Of a stretch of 53,026 nt of DNA, positions 1-11,981 are shown piece after piece. This DNA comes from Macrostomum lignano. Taxonomy: Eukaryota. Under the pieces are notes generated by a model. That model made no database searches and was not told the origin of the DNA. It saw only the letters and a list, made by a program, of their open reading frames with translations. Both the position numbers and the translations under genes were made by a program. Numbering within the stretch: position 1 is the first letter of the stretch; every line of letters begins with the position of its first letter. Location of the stretch: positions 1-53,026 of the forward strand of contig NIVC01003132.1 in the NCBI GenBank assembly GCA_002269645.1. Direction: 5' to 3'.

Positions 1-3000
1 CTGGTACACTCACGCTCGGCGTCTCGACACTGGCGGCGCTTGTGGCTTCCGGTTCCGCAGTGGAAACAGTAGACGCAGACGCAGTGCTCGCAGTCTCGGC
101 CTCGCTGCTGGGCGTCGCGCCACTCACGGTCGAGCTCTCAACTGTCTGTGTCGACTCCGTGCTCAATGTCGGGCGCTGTCGCTTCTGGTACACTCACGCT
201 CGGCGTCTCGACACTGGCGGCGCTTGTGGCTTCGCGTTCCGCAGTGGAAACAGTAGACGCAGACGCAGTGCTCGCAGTCTCGGCCTCGCTGCTGGCGTCG
301 CGCACTCACGTCGAGCTCTCACTGTCTGTGTCGACTCCGTGCTCAATGTCGGGCCTGTCGCTTCTGGTACACTCACGCTCGGCGTCTCGACACTGGCGGC
401 GCTTGTGGCTTCCGGTTCCGCAGTGGAAACAGTAGACGCAGACGCAGTGCTCGCAGTCTCGGCCTCGCTGTACTCGTCTTCTCCACGGTACTTTCGCTCT
501 CAACTTACTGGTGCAGTGCCTATTCGACTTCTGCTCATGTCTGGCTGTCGCTTCTGAAGTACACTCACGCTCGGCGTCTCGACACTGGCGGCGCTTGTGG
601 CTTCCGGTTCCGCAGTGGAAACAGTAGACGCAGACGCAGTGCTCGCAGTCTCGGCCTCGCTGCTGGGCGTCGCGCCACTCACGGTCGAGCTCTCAACTGT
701 CTGTGTCGACTCCGTGCTCAATGTCGGCCTGTCGCTTCTGGTACACTCACGCTCGGCGTCTCGACACTGGCGGCGCTTGTGGCTTCCGGTTCCGCAGTGG
801 AAACAGTAGACGCAGACGCAGTGCTCGCAGTCTCGGCCTCGCTGCTGGGCGTCGCGCCACTCACGGTCGAGCTCTCAACTGTCTGTGTCGACTCCGTGCT
901 CAATGTCGGGCCTGTCGCTTCTGGTACACTCACGCTCGGCGTCTCGACACTGGCGGCGCTTGTGGCTTCCGGTTCCGCAGTGGAAACAGTAGACGCAGAC
1001 GCAGTGCTCGCAGTCTCGGCCTCGCTGCTCGTCTTCGCCACGGTACTCGTCTTCGACTTACTGTGCAGTTTGTTCGACTTCTGTCTCTATTCTGGCTGTG
1101 CGATTCTGGTACACTCACGCTCGGCGTCTCGACACTGGCGGCGCTTGTGGCTTCCGGTTCCGCAGTGGAAACAGTAGACGCAGACGCAGTGCTCGCAGTC
1201 TCGGCCTCGCTGCTGGGCGTCGCGCCACTCACGGTCGAGCTCTCAACTGTCTGTGTCGACTCCGTGCTCAATGTCGGGCCTGTCGCTTCTGGTACACTCA
1301 CGCTCGGCGTCTCGACACTGGCGGCGCTTGTGGCTTCCGGTTCCGCAGTGGAAACAGTAGACGCAGACGCAGTGCTCGCAGTCTCGGCCTCGCTGCTGGG
1401 CGTCGCGCCACTCACGGTCGAGCTCTCAACTGTCTGTGTCGACTCCGTGCTCAATGTCGGGCCTGTCGCTTCTGGTACACTCACGCTCGGCGTCTCGACA
1501 CTGGCGGCGCTTGTGGCTTCCGGTTCCGCAGTGGAAACAGTAGACGCAGACGCAGTGCTCGCAGTCTCGGCCTCGCTGCTGGGCGTCGCGCCACTCACGG
1601 TCGAGCTCTCAACTGTCTGTGTCGACTCCGTGCTCAATGTCGGGCCTGTCGCTTCTGGTACACTCACGCTCGGCGTCTCGACACTGGCGGCGCTTGTGGC
1701 TTCCGGTTCCGCAGTGGAAACAGTAGACGCAGACGCAGTGCTCGCAGTCTCGGCCTCGCTGCTGGGCGTCGCGCCACTCACGGTCGAGCTCTCAACTGTC
1801 TGTGTCGACTCCGTGCTCAATGTCGGGCCTGTCGCTTCTGGTACACTCACGCTCGGCGTCTCGACACTGGCGGCGCTTGTGGTTTCCGGTTCCGCAGTGG
1901 AAACAGTAGACGCAGACGCAGTGCTCGCAGTCTCGGCCTCGCTGCTGGGCGTCGCGCCACTCACGGTCGAGCTCTCAACTGTCTGTGTCGACTCCGTGCT
2001 CAATGTCGGGCCTGTCGCTTCTGGTACACTCACGCTCGGCGTCTCGACACTGGCGGCGCTTGTGGCTTCCGGTTCCGCAGTGGAAACAGTAGACGCAGAC
2101 GCAGTGCTCGCAGTCTCGGCCTCGCTGCTGGGCGTCGCGCCACTCACGGTCGAGCTCTCAACTGTCTGTGTCGACTCCGTGCTCAATGTCGGGCCTGTCG
2201 CTTCTGGTACACTCACGCTCGGCGTCTCGACACTGGCGGCGCTTGTGGCTTCCGGTTCCGCAGTGGAAACAGTAGACGCAGACGCAGTGCTCGCAGTCTC
2301 GGCCTCGCTGCTGGGCGTCGCGCCACTCACGGTCGAGCTCTCAACTGTCTGTGTCGACTCCGTGCTCAATGTCGGGCCTGTCGCTTCTGGTACACTCACG
2401 CTCGGCGTCTCGACACTGGCGGCGCTTGTGGCTTCCGGTTCCGCAGTGGAAACAGTAGACGCAGACAGTGCTCGCAGTCTCGGCCTCGCTGCTGGGCGTC
2501 GCGCCACTCACGGTCGAGCTCTCAACTGTCTGTGTCGACTCCGTGCTCAATGTCGGGCCTGTCGCTTCTGGTACACTCACGCTCGGCGTCTCGACACTGG
2601 CGGCGCTTGTGGCTTCCGGTTCCGCAGTGGAAACAGTAGACGCAGACGCAGTGCTCGCAGTCTCGGCCTCGCTGCTGGGCGTCGCGCCACTCACGGTCGA
2701 GCTCTCAACTGTCTGTGTCGACTCCGTGCTCAATGTCGGGCCTGTCGCTTCTGGTACACTCACGCTCGGCGTCTCGACACTGGCGGCGCTTGTGGCTTCC
2801 GGTTCCGCAGTGGAAACAGTAGACGCAGACGCAGTGCTCGCAGTCTCGGCCTCGCTGCTGGGCGTCGCGCCACTCACTGTCGAGCTCTCAACTGTCTGTG
2901 TCGACTCCGTGCTCAATGTCGGGCCTGTCGCTTCTGGTACACTCACGCTCGGCGTCTCGACACTGGCGGCGCTTGTGGCTTCCGGTTCCGCAGTGGAAAC

Positions 3001-4376
3001 AGTAGACGCAGACGCAGTGCTCGCAGTCTCGGCCTCGCTGTACTCGGCTCTTCCACTACTTTCGTCTTCAACTTTACTGGGCAGTTTGGCCTATTCTTGT
3101 ACTCTGCTCAATTCGGGCGTGTCGCTTGTGGTACACTCACGCTCGGCGTCTCGACACTGGCGGCGCTTGTGGCTTCCGGTTCCGCAGTGGAAACAGTAGA
3201 CGCAGACGCAGTGCTCGCAGTCTCGGCCTCGCTGCTGGGCGTCGCGCCACTCACGGTCGAGCTCTCAACTGTCTGTGTCGACTCCGTGCTCAATGTCGGG
3301 CCTGTCGCTTCTGGTACACTCACGCTCGGCGTCTCGACACTGGCGGCGCTTGTGGCTTCCGGTTCCGCAGTGGAAACAGTAGACGCAGACGCAGTGCTCG
3401 CAGTCTCGGCCTCGCTGCTGGGCGTCGCGCCACTCACGGTCGAGCTCTCAACTGTCTGTGTCGACTCCGTGCTCAATGTCGGGCCTGTCGCTTCTGGTAC
3501 ACTCACGCTCGGCGTCTCGACACTGGCGGCGCTTGTGGCTTCCGGTTCCGCAGTGGAAACAGTAGACGCAGACGCAGTGCTCGCAGTCTCGGCCTCGCTG
3601 CTGGGCGTCGCGCCACTCACGGTCGAGCTCTCAACTGTCTGTGTCGACTCCGTGCTCAATGTCGGGCCTGTCGCTTCTGGTACACTCACGCTCGGCGTCT
3701 CGACACTGGCGGCGCTTGTGGCTTCCGGTTCCGCAGTGGAAACAGTAGACGCAGACGCAGTGCTCGCAGTCTCGGCCTCGCTGCTGGGCGTCGCGCCACT
3801 CACGGTCGAGCTCTCAACTGTCTGTGTCGACTCCGTGCTCAATGTCGGGCCTGTCGCTTCTGGTACACTCACGCTCGGCGTCTCGACACTGGCGGCGCTT
3901 GTGGCTTCCGGTTCCGCAGTGGAAACAGTAGACGCAGACGCAGTGCTCGCAGTCTCGGCCTCGCTGCTGGGCGTCGCGCCACTCACGGTCGAGCTCTCAA
4001 CTGTCTGTGTCGACTCCGTGCTCAATGTCGGGCCTGTCGCTTCTGGTACACTCACGCTCGCGTCTCGACACTGGCGGCGCTTGTGGCTTCCGGTTCCGCA
4101 GTGGAAACAGTAGACGCAGACGCAGTGCTCGCAGTCTCGGCCTCGCTGCTGGGCGTCGCGCCACTCACGGTCGAGCTCTCAACTGTCTGTGTCGACTCCG
4201 TGCTCAATGTCGGGCCTGTCGCTTCTGGTACACTCACGCTCGGCGTCTCGACACTGGCGGCGCTTGTGGCTTCCGGTTCCGCAGTGGAAACAGTAGACGC
4301 AGACGCAGTGCTCGCAGTCTCGGCCTCGCTGCTGGGCGTCGCGCCACTCACGGTCGAGCTCTCAACTGTCTGTGTC
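1..4376. repeat. 180-bp coding tandem repeat, ~24 near-identical units
   Basis: Direct 180-bp periodicity. Divergent half-units at ~469-557, ~1030-1105 and ~3041-3130. Confidence 0.97.
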
Positions 4377-4716
4377 GTGGCGCTTGTTTCTTGGGTTTCC
4401 CATGTTGAAGCAGTAGTTTGCTGTGTAGTGCTTGTCGTTCTGGATATTGGTTTCGAAGTTGTTTTTTTTTCGTCTGTTGATTTCTTTGGCTTGGCTTTTT
4501 CTTGGTCAATTTCAGTATCGTCCCAAGTGTCATTGTGACAGGCGGTACAACAGTCGATCAGCTTGTTGAACGCGGTTAGGTGTTGCAAAAAGTGCACAAA
4601 GAACTCTTTAGTTCCTTTTTTAGGGTCTTTCAGATGCTGTGTGACGTTTTTTTCTTTTGCCTTGCACTCTTGGCAGCAGTGCTTGATGATGATCTCGAAT
4701 GTGTTTTGAAATCCGG
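1..4716 (-). CDS. Secreted mucin-like protein, large repeat exon (CCxxC...CCxxC segment, then ~24 x 60-aa Ser/Thr/Ala/Glu/Val repeats); runs off the window
   Basis: Acceptor ccttccttcgctgcAG at 4718-4717 (phase 1). Reads GFQNTFEIIIKHCCQECK...DCCTACHNDTWDD...TTSTTQQTTAST, then repeats of ETPSVSVPEATGPTLSTESTQTVESSTVSGATPSSEAETASTASASTVSTAEPEATSAASV. The frame is broken by several 1-2 nt indels inside the array. Confidence 0.75.
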
Positions 4717-4880
4717 CTGCAGCGAAGGAAGGTTATATTCTACTTCATTTACGAGCCTAGGTGCGAACAATTGAGACTAGAATGTACAACACGGTTTTGA
4801 AGCTAAATTATATGCTCTTCACGGATACAAAAAACCTAGAAAGTGTACTGAATTCCGATAGCAATGCCCATTCAAGCTAC

Positions 4881-5058
4881 TCGGTAGTAATTTAATTAGC
4901 ATGTCGATTTGTTCGGCCTTGGAGCATGTTTCTTTATAGTTGTCTATTTGAAGACGAGTGGATCCGCATCTTTTCAAAGAGGCGAAGAGACTCTTCCACT
5001 CGTTCATTTCAGCATAAAATTGAGCCGTTTCGCTAAAATCAATCGCATTGATAGATGC
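4881..5058 (-). CDS. Mucin-like gene, probable exon 3 (ASINAIDFSETAQFYAEMNEWKSLFASLKRCGSTRLQIDNYKETCSKAEQIDMLIKLLP)
   Basis: Stop-free frame after acceptor catttAG (phase 0). Phase-1 donor CGA|GTAGCT at 4880; an alternative phase-1 donor lies near 4835, so the 3' boundary is uncertain. Confidence 0.5.
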
Positions 5059-5449
5059 CTAAATGGTGGCAAACCATTTTTAGTATGTAGGAAGACTAAA
5101 CGACACCTCACTTTCGAAAGTTCCGAACCCAAAATGAAGGAAGGAATTTTTCCTAATGCCTACTTGCAAGTTTGTGAAGGAAACATTCAAAGCATCTACT
5201 AAATTAGAGTTTACTCAAAAACAGCTATGTTGTCTAATTGATTTCGAAAATATTCGTTTTTTGTATAACCCTAAATGGGGTTTCCCTATAGTCGAAATTC
5301 ATTCAGGACTGGGGACTCGGGCCCCAGAAGGTGATACCCTGCGAGTTGGACCTACCAGGACTCAGGGATCATAGGCATATGTTATCAGCGCTATAGGGTG
5401 ACTCTGGCCTCTCACCTGTTCACGGTTGGAGTGTGATCAAGTGTTGAGG

Positions 5450-5680
5450 GCCTAGTCTAGTTGGTCTGGCGCGGCGCTTTTATGTTCCAAACGGCCCAGG
5501 TGCTGTCAAATCTTGGCATGGCTGTGCTCGTGCAATTAACGCCATTAACCCCAAGGCACAGTGTAGTGTACATGCCTAGCGATAAATTAAGTTAAGGACG
5601 CTGCCTGCTCAGTGGAGCCGGTGGAATTGGCAGCAATGCCTCTCGCCGTTTGTGTGTGAGAATTTAGCTTAAAATAAGTC
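5450..5680 (+). mobile_element. tRNA-derived SINE family copy (internally deleted)
   Basis: Shares body motifs (gtgcaattaa...ccaaggcacag..gtgtacatgcc...ggaat.ggcagcaatgcctctcgcc) with copies at 6180-6500(-) and 19655-20330(+). Confidence 0.6.
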
Positions 5681-6179
5681 TGTAATAAAAAAGTGATCAA
5701 GTGTTCGTATGCGTTTCATCTTGCGGTTTGCTTTCCCGGCCGTGGTCGAGAGACTGAGACTGAGACCGCGGATCCACTAAGCTGGGTGTGCTGAGCCAAG
5801 CAATGCAGATCATAATGAGAATTCGTTCGCAGTCCCACAGCCTCACAATGCATCCAGCCCCTACTGAAGAGATAAAATCCTTGAGAAGGCCTGAGCAACT
5901 GACTCCTGGAAAACTCACTTGTATGCTGGGTAGAGCCCACACCTCTGAACAAAAAAGAAATGTGAGTGAGAATCAGAGGGCGCCGTAAAAGCGACACTGG
6001 CGACGATAGACTACTTGAAGTATTGAAAGTTAAATTGAAAATTGCTGGCTGTTTAAGTTAGTTGACAGCCAGAGTTTCTATGACGATAAACGCGCCGGAT
6101 TTTCTGCCCGACGGGCCAAAAGGTCACGCTAAAATAGCCTTCAATTCCTAATTTAAGTACGAGCGTACGTGTATAGGTA

Positions 6180-6500
6180 AGGGCTTTGTGCACCCTAACG
6201 CACTTTAAGCTTGACATTGTCAAACAACCGGCGAGAGGCATTGCTGCCCATTCCACCGACTCCCCTGAGCAGGAACACGCAAAGGCACACAGTCACACAG
6301 GAGTGTACAGCGGCCCTAACTTTATTTATCATTAGGCATGTACACTTCACTGTGCCTCGAGGTTGGCCCTCAATGGTGTTAATTGCAAGAGCAGAGCCAA
6401 GCCGAGATTCCAATTTAGCTCCAAATTAATGCGACTGCACTCTCCAGCTTGGATTCGAACCTGGGCCGCTGGCATAAAAGTGCGACGCGAGATAACGAGA
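6180..6500 (-). mobile_element. tRNA-derived SINE family copy
   Basis: Minus strand has a B-box GGTTCGAATCC followed by the same body as the other two copies. Confidence 0.65.
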
Positions 6501-6866
6501 TGCCTACTAAAATTACTTATAAAAATCGTCCATGAGATACAAGTGGACTAAAATCGGTATGTCTCAATATTGATTTAATAAGAATTTTATTTCATTTCAA
6601 CACCCGTTCCAGCCGGCAAAGTTTAAAGAGACCGTCGTGCTGACCATACTGCATACACCTGTGCGTATTCAAGCTAATTGGAAGCGAGATTAGCCGCCAG
6701 ATAAACTGGTTCTGGTCAGGCTGGTAATGCTGGCCACTTTAATGCAACCCAGACAGTTTGACCTCTGGGTCCGGTTAGGTGGCTGCTGTGTCTGCCAATG
6801 CCAGTTTTGCACCCAACTTGCTGGCTGCCATTAAGCTTTTTACGGCTTGACAATAATTACTTTCAC

Positions 6867-7066
6867 CTGCTTGCTGATAGCTTTATTGAGTGCTTCTGTC
6901 AGATATGCGAGCCGCAATCTCGTAAAATAGAACAATTTGCGATCGTTGTCAGCTCTAATTTTGTCGGTACTCTTAGAGTTCGCTAATACCTGGCAAAATC
7001 TTGGGTACTTTTCCTGCACGGCTTCTAACCTGCTAAAAGCAATTCCTTGGCACCTGTTGACTTCAG
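6867..7066 (-). CDS. Mucin-like gene, probable exon 2 ((T)EVNRCQGIAFSRLEAVQEKYPRFCQVLANSKSTDKIRADNDRKLFYFTRLRLAYLTEALNKAISKQ)
   Basis: 200-nt stop-free segment between acceptor gccAG (phase 1) and donor CAG|GTGAAA (phase 0). It bridges the phases of the flanking exons exactly. Confidence 0.55.
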
Positions 7067-7254
7067 CTGGCTAATGTCCGAGAGACAAAAATTCAAGACA
7101 TGTTTTAGAAGGATATTCTGTCTCTGAAATCCTGAAATGCAATCCCAGATACGTTCCAGGGTATTCTGACAGACATTTTAATCATTCTGAAATCCGTTTA
7201 AATAGAAATTCTAAAACATTCTTTTTTGATAGACAGATTCGAAGACATAATGGT

Positions 7255-8770
7255 TTAGACTGGTCGACAGTCTGGTGGACAAATTGCTGGGCAGATAGGT
7301 AGAGAGTCGGGTAGAACATTTGGTGGACAGATTTGTGGAGTCGAGTAGACAAGCTGGTGGACAGACTGGTGGAGAGTCGGGTAGACAAGCTGGTGGACAG
7401 ATTGGTGGACAGTCTGGTAGACAAATTGGTGGACAGATTGGTGGAGAGTCTGGTAGACAATTTGGTGGACAGATTGGTGGAGAGTCTGGTAGACAAATTG
7501 GTGGACAGATTGGTGGAGTCGGGTAGACAAATTGGTGGACAGATTGGTGGAGAGTCTGGTAGACAAATTGGTGGACAGATTGGTGGACAGTCTGGTAGAC
7601 AAATTGGTGGACAGATTGGTGGAGAGTCTGGTAGACAAATTGGTGGACAGATTGGTGGAGTCGGGTAGACAAGCTGGTGGACAGATTGGTGGAGTCGGGT
7701 AGACAAGCTGGTGGACAGACTGGTGGACAGTCTGGTAGACAAGCTGGTGGACAGACTGGTGGACAGTCTGGTAGACAAGCTGGTGGACAGACTGGTGGAG
7801 TCGGGTAGACAAGCTGGTGGACAGATTGGTGGACAGTCTGGTAGAAAAATTGGTGGACAGATTGGTGGACAGTCTGGTAGACAAATTGGTGTACAGATTG
7901 GTGGAGAGTCTGGTAGACAAATTGGTGGACAGATTGGTGAAGTCGGGTAGACAATCTGGTGGACAGATTGGTGGAGTCGGGTAGACAAGCTGGTGGACAG
8001 ATTAGTGGAATCGGGTAGACAAGCTGGTGGACAGATTGGTGGACAGTCTGGTAGACAATTTGGTGGACAGATTGGTAGAGAGTCGGGTAGAAAACGTGGT
8101 GGACAGATTGGTGGAGAGTCTGATAGACAAATTGGTCGACAGACTGGTGGAGGGTCTGGTAGACAATTTGGTAGACAGATTGGTGGAGAGTCGGGTAGAC
8201 AATTTGGTGGACAGATTGGTAGAGAGTCGGGTAGACAACGTGGTGGACAGATTGGTGGAGAGTCTGGTAGACAAATTGGTCGACAGACTGGTGGAGGGTC
8301 TGGTAGACAAGTTGGTGGACAGATTGGTGGAGAGTCTGGTAGACAATTTGGTAGACAGATTGGTGAAGAGTCGGGTAGACAACGTGGTGGACAGATTGGT
8401 GGACAGTCTGGTAGACAAGTTGGTGGACAGATTGGTGGAGAGTCTGGTAGACAAATTGGTGGACAGATTGGTGAAGTCGGGTAGACAATCTGATGGACAG
8501 ATTGGTGGAGTCGGGTAGACAAGCTGGTGGACAGATTAGTGGAATCGGGTAGACAAGCTGGTGGACAGATTGGTGGACAGTCTGGTAGGCAAATTGGTGG
8601 ACAGATTGGTGGAGAGTCTGGTAGACAATTTGGTAGACAGATTGGTGGAGAGTCGGGTAGACAACGTGGTAGACAGATTGGTGGAGAGTCTGGTAGACAA
8701 GTTGGTGGACAGATTGGTGGAGTCGGGTAGACAAATTGGTGGACAGATTGGTGGAGTCGGGTAGACAAGT
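7255..8770. repeat. Modular 12-bp minisatellite (ggtggacagatt / ggtggagagtct / ggtagacaaatt), intronic
   Basis: Direct periodicity, with occasional 10-bp units that shift frame. Confidence 0.95.
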
Positions 8771-8875
8771 CCGTATGTAATTCGTTTATTAAAATAATTT
8801 GATTTCATTTAGCTAATCTGCAAGTCCACCACGATCCCCTTCCCCTAGAAGCCCAGTGAAGCAGGGCAAACTTAC

Positions 8876-9008
8876 TGCTCTGCTTTTCTTCCTCTTGCCC
8901 TCCGGCAGTCCCAGCAAGGCACAGCAGCAGCAGCAACAGCAGCAGCGACAGCAGCAGCGGCAGGCTTGCGCCAAAGCCGACGCCTGGTGGAGCTCGGCCG
9001 CCAGACAT
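8876..9008 (-). CDS. Mucin-like gene exon 1: signal peptide MSGGRAPPGVGFGASLPLLLSLLLLLLLLCLAGTAGG-QEEEKQS
   Basis: ATG at 9008, Leu-rich hydrophobic core with a small-residue cleavage region, then strong donor A|GTAAGT (phase 1). Confidence 0.7.
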
Positions 9009-9439
9009 CGCCAGGAGCTGTCCGCAGTCAGTCGCTGATTGAAGACCTCGGCTGGAGCGAATAAAATTAAATTGGCTGCGCGATCGTCTGAATGGAGTGA
9101 AAAATCTGTAGGCAGATTGAAACTGATTGAAAAAATTGGACCGACAATTTATTAAGGGCTGCTGCGCTATCTGACAGATCAGCGCGCTGGCGGGCTCTGG
9201 CGGGCGGCTGGTTGCAGCCAGAATGCGGGGCGGGGGGGGGGCTGCGGTACTGCGAATGCGTGCCCAGCCCTGGAAACTCGCATTGGCGACTTTGGCGTGG
9301 CTGCGGACCGAATGCATACTATGTACATAAATATACATTGTTTATTGAAGTTATTTAGTAGCTAGTAGAAAGTTCTGTCACTTGCGACTTTTTTCTGTTA
9401 GGGTGGTCCACCAGCCTCGGAGCTGGAGGGGGCGGTGGT

Positions 9440-11370
9440 TGCCCAGCAACTTACACTCTGGGAGGCTGGCCCAGCAACTGAGGATCTGAGAGGCATGCCC
9501 CGAAACTGAGGATCTGGGAGGCTGGCCCAGCAACTGAGGATTTGGGAGGCTGGCCCAGCAACTGAGGATTTGGGAGGCTGGCCCAGCAACTGAGGATTTG
9601 GGAGGCTGGCTCAGCAACTGAGGATCTGGGAGGCTGGCTCAGCAACTGAGGATCTGAGAGGCTGGCCCAGCAACTGAGGATCTGAGAGGCTTGCCCAGAA
9701 ACTGAGGATTTGGGAGGCTGGTTCAGCAACTGAGGATCTGGGAGGCTGGCTCAGCAACTGAGGATCTGAGAGGCTGGCCCAGCAACTGACACTCTGGGAG
9801 GCTGGCTGGCCCAGCAACTGAGGATTTGGGAGGCTGGCTCAGCAACTGAGGATCTGAGAGGCTGGCCCAGCAACTGACACTCTGGAGGCTGGCCCAGCAA
9901 CTGAGGATTTGGGAGGCTGGCCCAGCAACTGAGGATCTAGGAGGCTGCCTCAGCAACTGAGGATCTGGAAGGCTGGCTCAGCAACTGAGGATCTGGGAGG
10001 CTGGCCCAGCAACTGACACTCTGGGAGGCTGGCCCAGCAACTGACACTCTGGGAGGCTGGCCCAGCAACTGAGGATCTAAGAGGCTGGCCCAGCAACTGA
10101 GGATCTGGGAGGCTGGCTCAGCAACTGAGGATCTGGGAGGCTGTAGCCCAGCAACTGAGGATCTGGGAGGCTGGCCCAGCAACAGAGGATCTGGGAGGCT
10201 GGCCCAGCAACTGACACTCTGGGAGGCTGGCCCAGCAACTGAGGATCTGGGAGGCTGGCTCAGCAACTGAGGCTCGGGAAGGCTGGCCCAGCAACTGAGG
10301 ATCTGGGAGGCTGGCTCAGCAACTGAGGATCTGGGAGGCTGGCCCAGCAACTGAGGATCTGGGAGGCTGGCCCAGCAACAGAGGATCTGGGAGGCTGGCC
10401 CAGCAACTGAGGATCTAGGAGGCTGCCTCAGCAACTGAGGATCTGGAAGGCTGGCTCAGCAACTGAGGATCTGGGAGGCTGGCCCAGCAACTGACACTCT
10501 GGGAGGCTGGCCCAGCAACTGACACTCTGGGAGGCTGGCCCAGCAACTGAGGATCTAAGAGGCTGGCCCAGCAACTGAGGATCTGGGAGGCTGGCTCAGC
10601 AACTGAGGATCTGGGAGGCTGTAGCCCAGCAACTGAGGATCTGGGAGGCTGGCCCAGCAACAGAGGATCTGGGAGGCTGGCTCAGCAACTGACACTCTGG
10701 GAGGCTGGCCCAGCAACTGAGGATCTGGGAGGCTGGCTCAGCAACTGAGGCTCGGGAAGGCTGGCCCAGCAACTGAGGATCTGGGAGGCTGGCCCAGCAA
10801 CTGAGGATCTGGGAGGCTGGCCCAGCAACTGAGGATCTGGGAGGCTGGCCCAGCAACAGAGGATCTGGGAGGCTGGCCCAGCAACTGAGGATCTGGGAGG
10901 CTGGCCCAGCAGATGAGGATCTGGGAGGCTGGCCCAGCAACTGAGGATCTGGGAGGCTGGCCCAGCAGATGAGGATCTGGGAGGCTGGCCCAGCAACTGA
11001 GGATCTGGGAGGCTGGCCCAGCAACTGAGGATCTGGGAGGCTGGCCCAGCAACTGAGGATCTGGGAGGCTGGCTCAGCAACTGAGGATCTGGGAGGCTGG
11101 CCCAGCAACTGAGGATCTGAGAGGCTGGCCCAGCAACTGACACTCTGGGAGGCTGGCTGGCCCAGCAACTGAGGATTTGGGAGGCTGGCTCAGCAACTGA
11201 GGATCTGAGAGGCTGGCCCAGCAACTGACACTCTGGGAGGCTGGCCCAGCAACTGAGGATCTGGGAGGCTGGCCCAGCAACTGAGGATCTGGGAGGCTGG
11301 CCCAGCAACTGAGGATCTGGGAGGCTGGCCCAGCAGATGAGGATCTGGGAGGCTGGCCCAGCAACCGCAA
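9440..11370. repeat. 28-bp minisatellite (gggaggctggcccagcaactgaggatct), ~68 units
   Basis: Direct periodicity, plus a ~478-bp higher-order duplication (9937 vs 10415). Confidence 0.97.
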
Positions 11371-11981
11371 GGATCTGGAAGGGTGATGCAGCATTCTTAT
11401 GGGTCAGATGAGATGCCAGATCCATTGGAAATGACTAGTAAATCATGTCCTCTCAGACAAATCATGAATGGCTATTCCTATTCTGAAGACAGGTGAGGCC
11501 CTACACAGCTGTCTATTACCGCTGCGGGTGACAGACGGCCATGGCTAAAGTACATCAGCAGCAGCGCAGGTGTTCAGTTTAGAGAAATGGGCGAGTTGCC
11601 TGCCCGAATTAAAGCTTGGCTCCATTGCAGCGGACCGGCCGGCAGTGCAGTGGGTATTCCGGTGGCACTGTGTTAGCGCGCCAGTTCAAGGTCAATGGTC
11701 AAACCAGATTGTCTGCGCACCTGTCACTCAAACTGAAATGATTGATGACCCTGGAGGGTAGCCTAGAAGCAATAAGCAGCGGACTGCAGATGGTTCAGCG
11801 AGATTCGGAGGCAGCAGATATACACCTAGAGGACAAGCTGAGAGAGAGAGAGAGAGTCGATCAAACACTGCATGTTTACAGTTCGAATGCAAGTCCTTCG
11901 CTTCAGCCCTTCGGAATTGGCGGATAAATTCCAGCCGCTGCGGAGCAGACAGGCTTCAGTAGCCTTCAAGCAGCGGCCGGA

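Noticed and set aside
42-4538. Long plus-strand ORFs (Val/Leu/Ala-rich and Arg/Cys-rich)
   Set aside because: These are shadow frames of the 180-bp repeat. Only the minus S/T-rich frame connects to unique coding sequence and a signal peptide.
7182-8768. Cys/Pro-rich (CPPICLPDSP) and Gly-rich (GGQIGGESGRQ) ORFs
   Set aside because: They arise from a 12-bp period that is stop-free in several frames. There are frequent frame-shifting 10-bp units, no flanking unique coding sequence, and the array lies in an intron.
9440-11370. Possible CRISPR-like arrays (also 16582, 22176, 37938, 46436)
   Set aside because: Units are contiguous with no unique spacers, there are no cas genes, and the context is eukaryotic.
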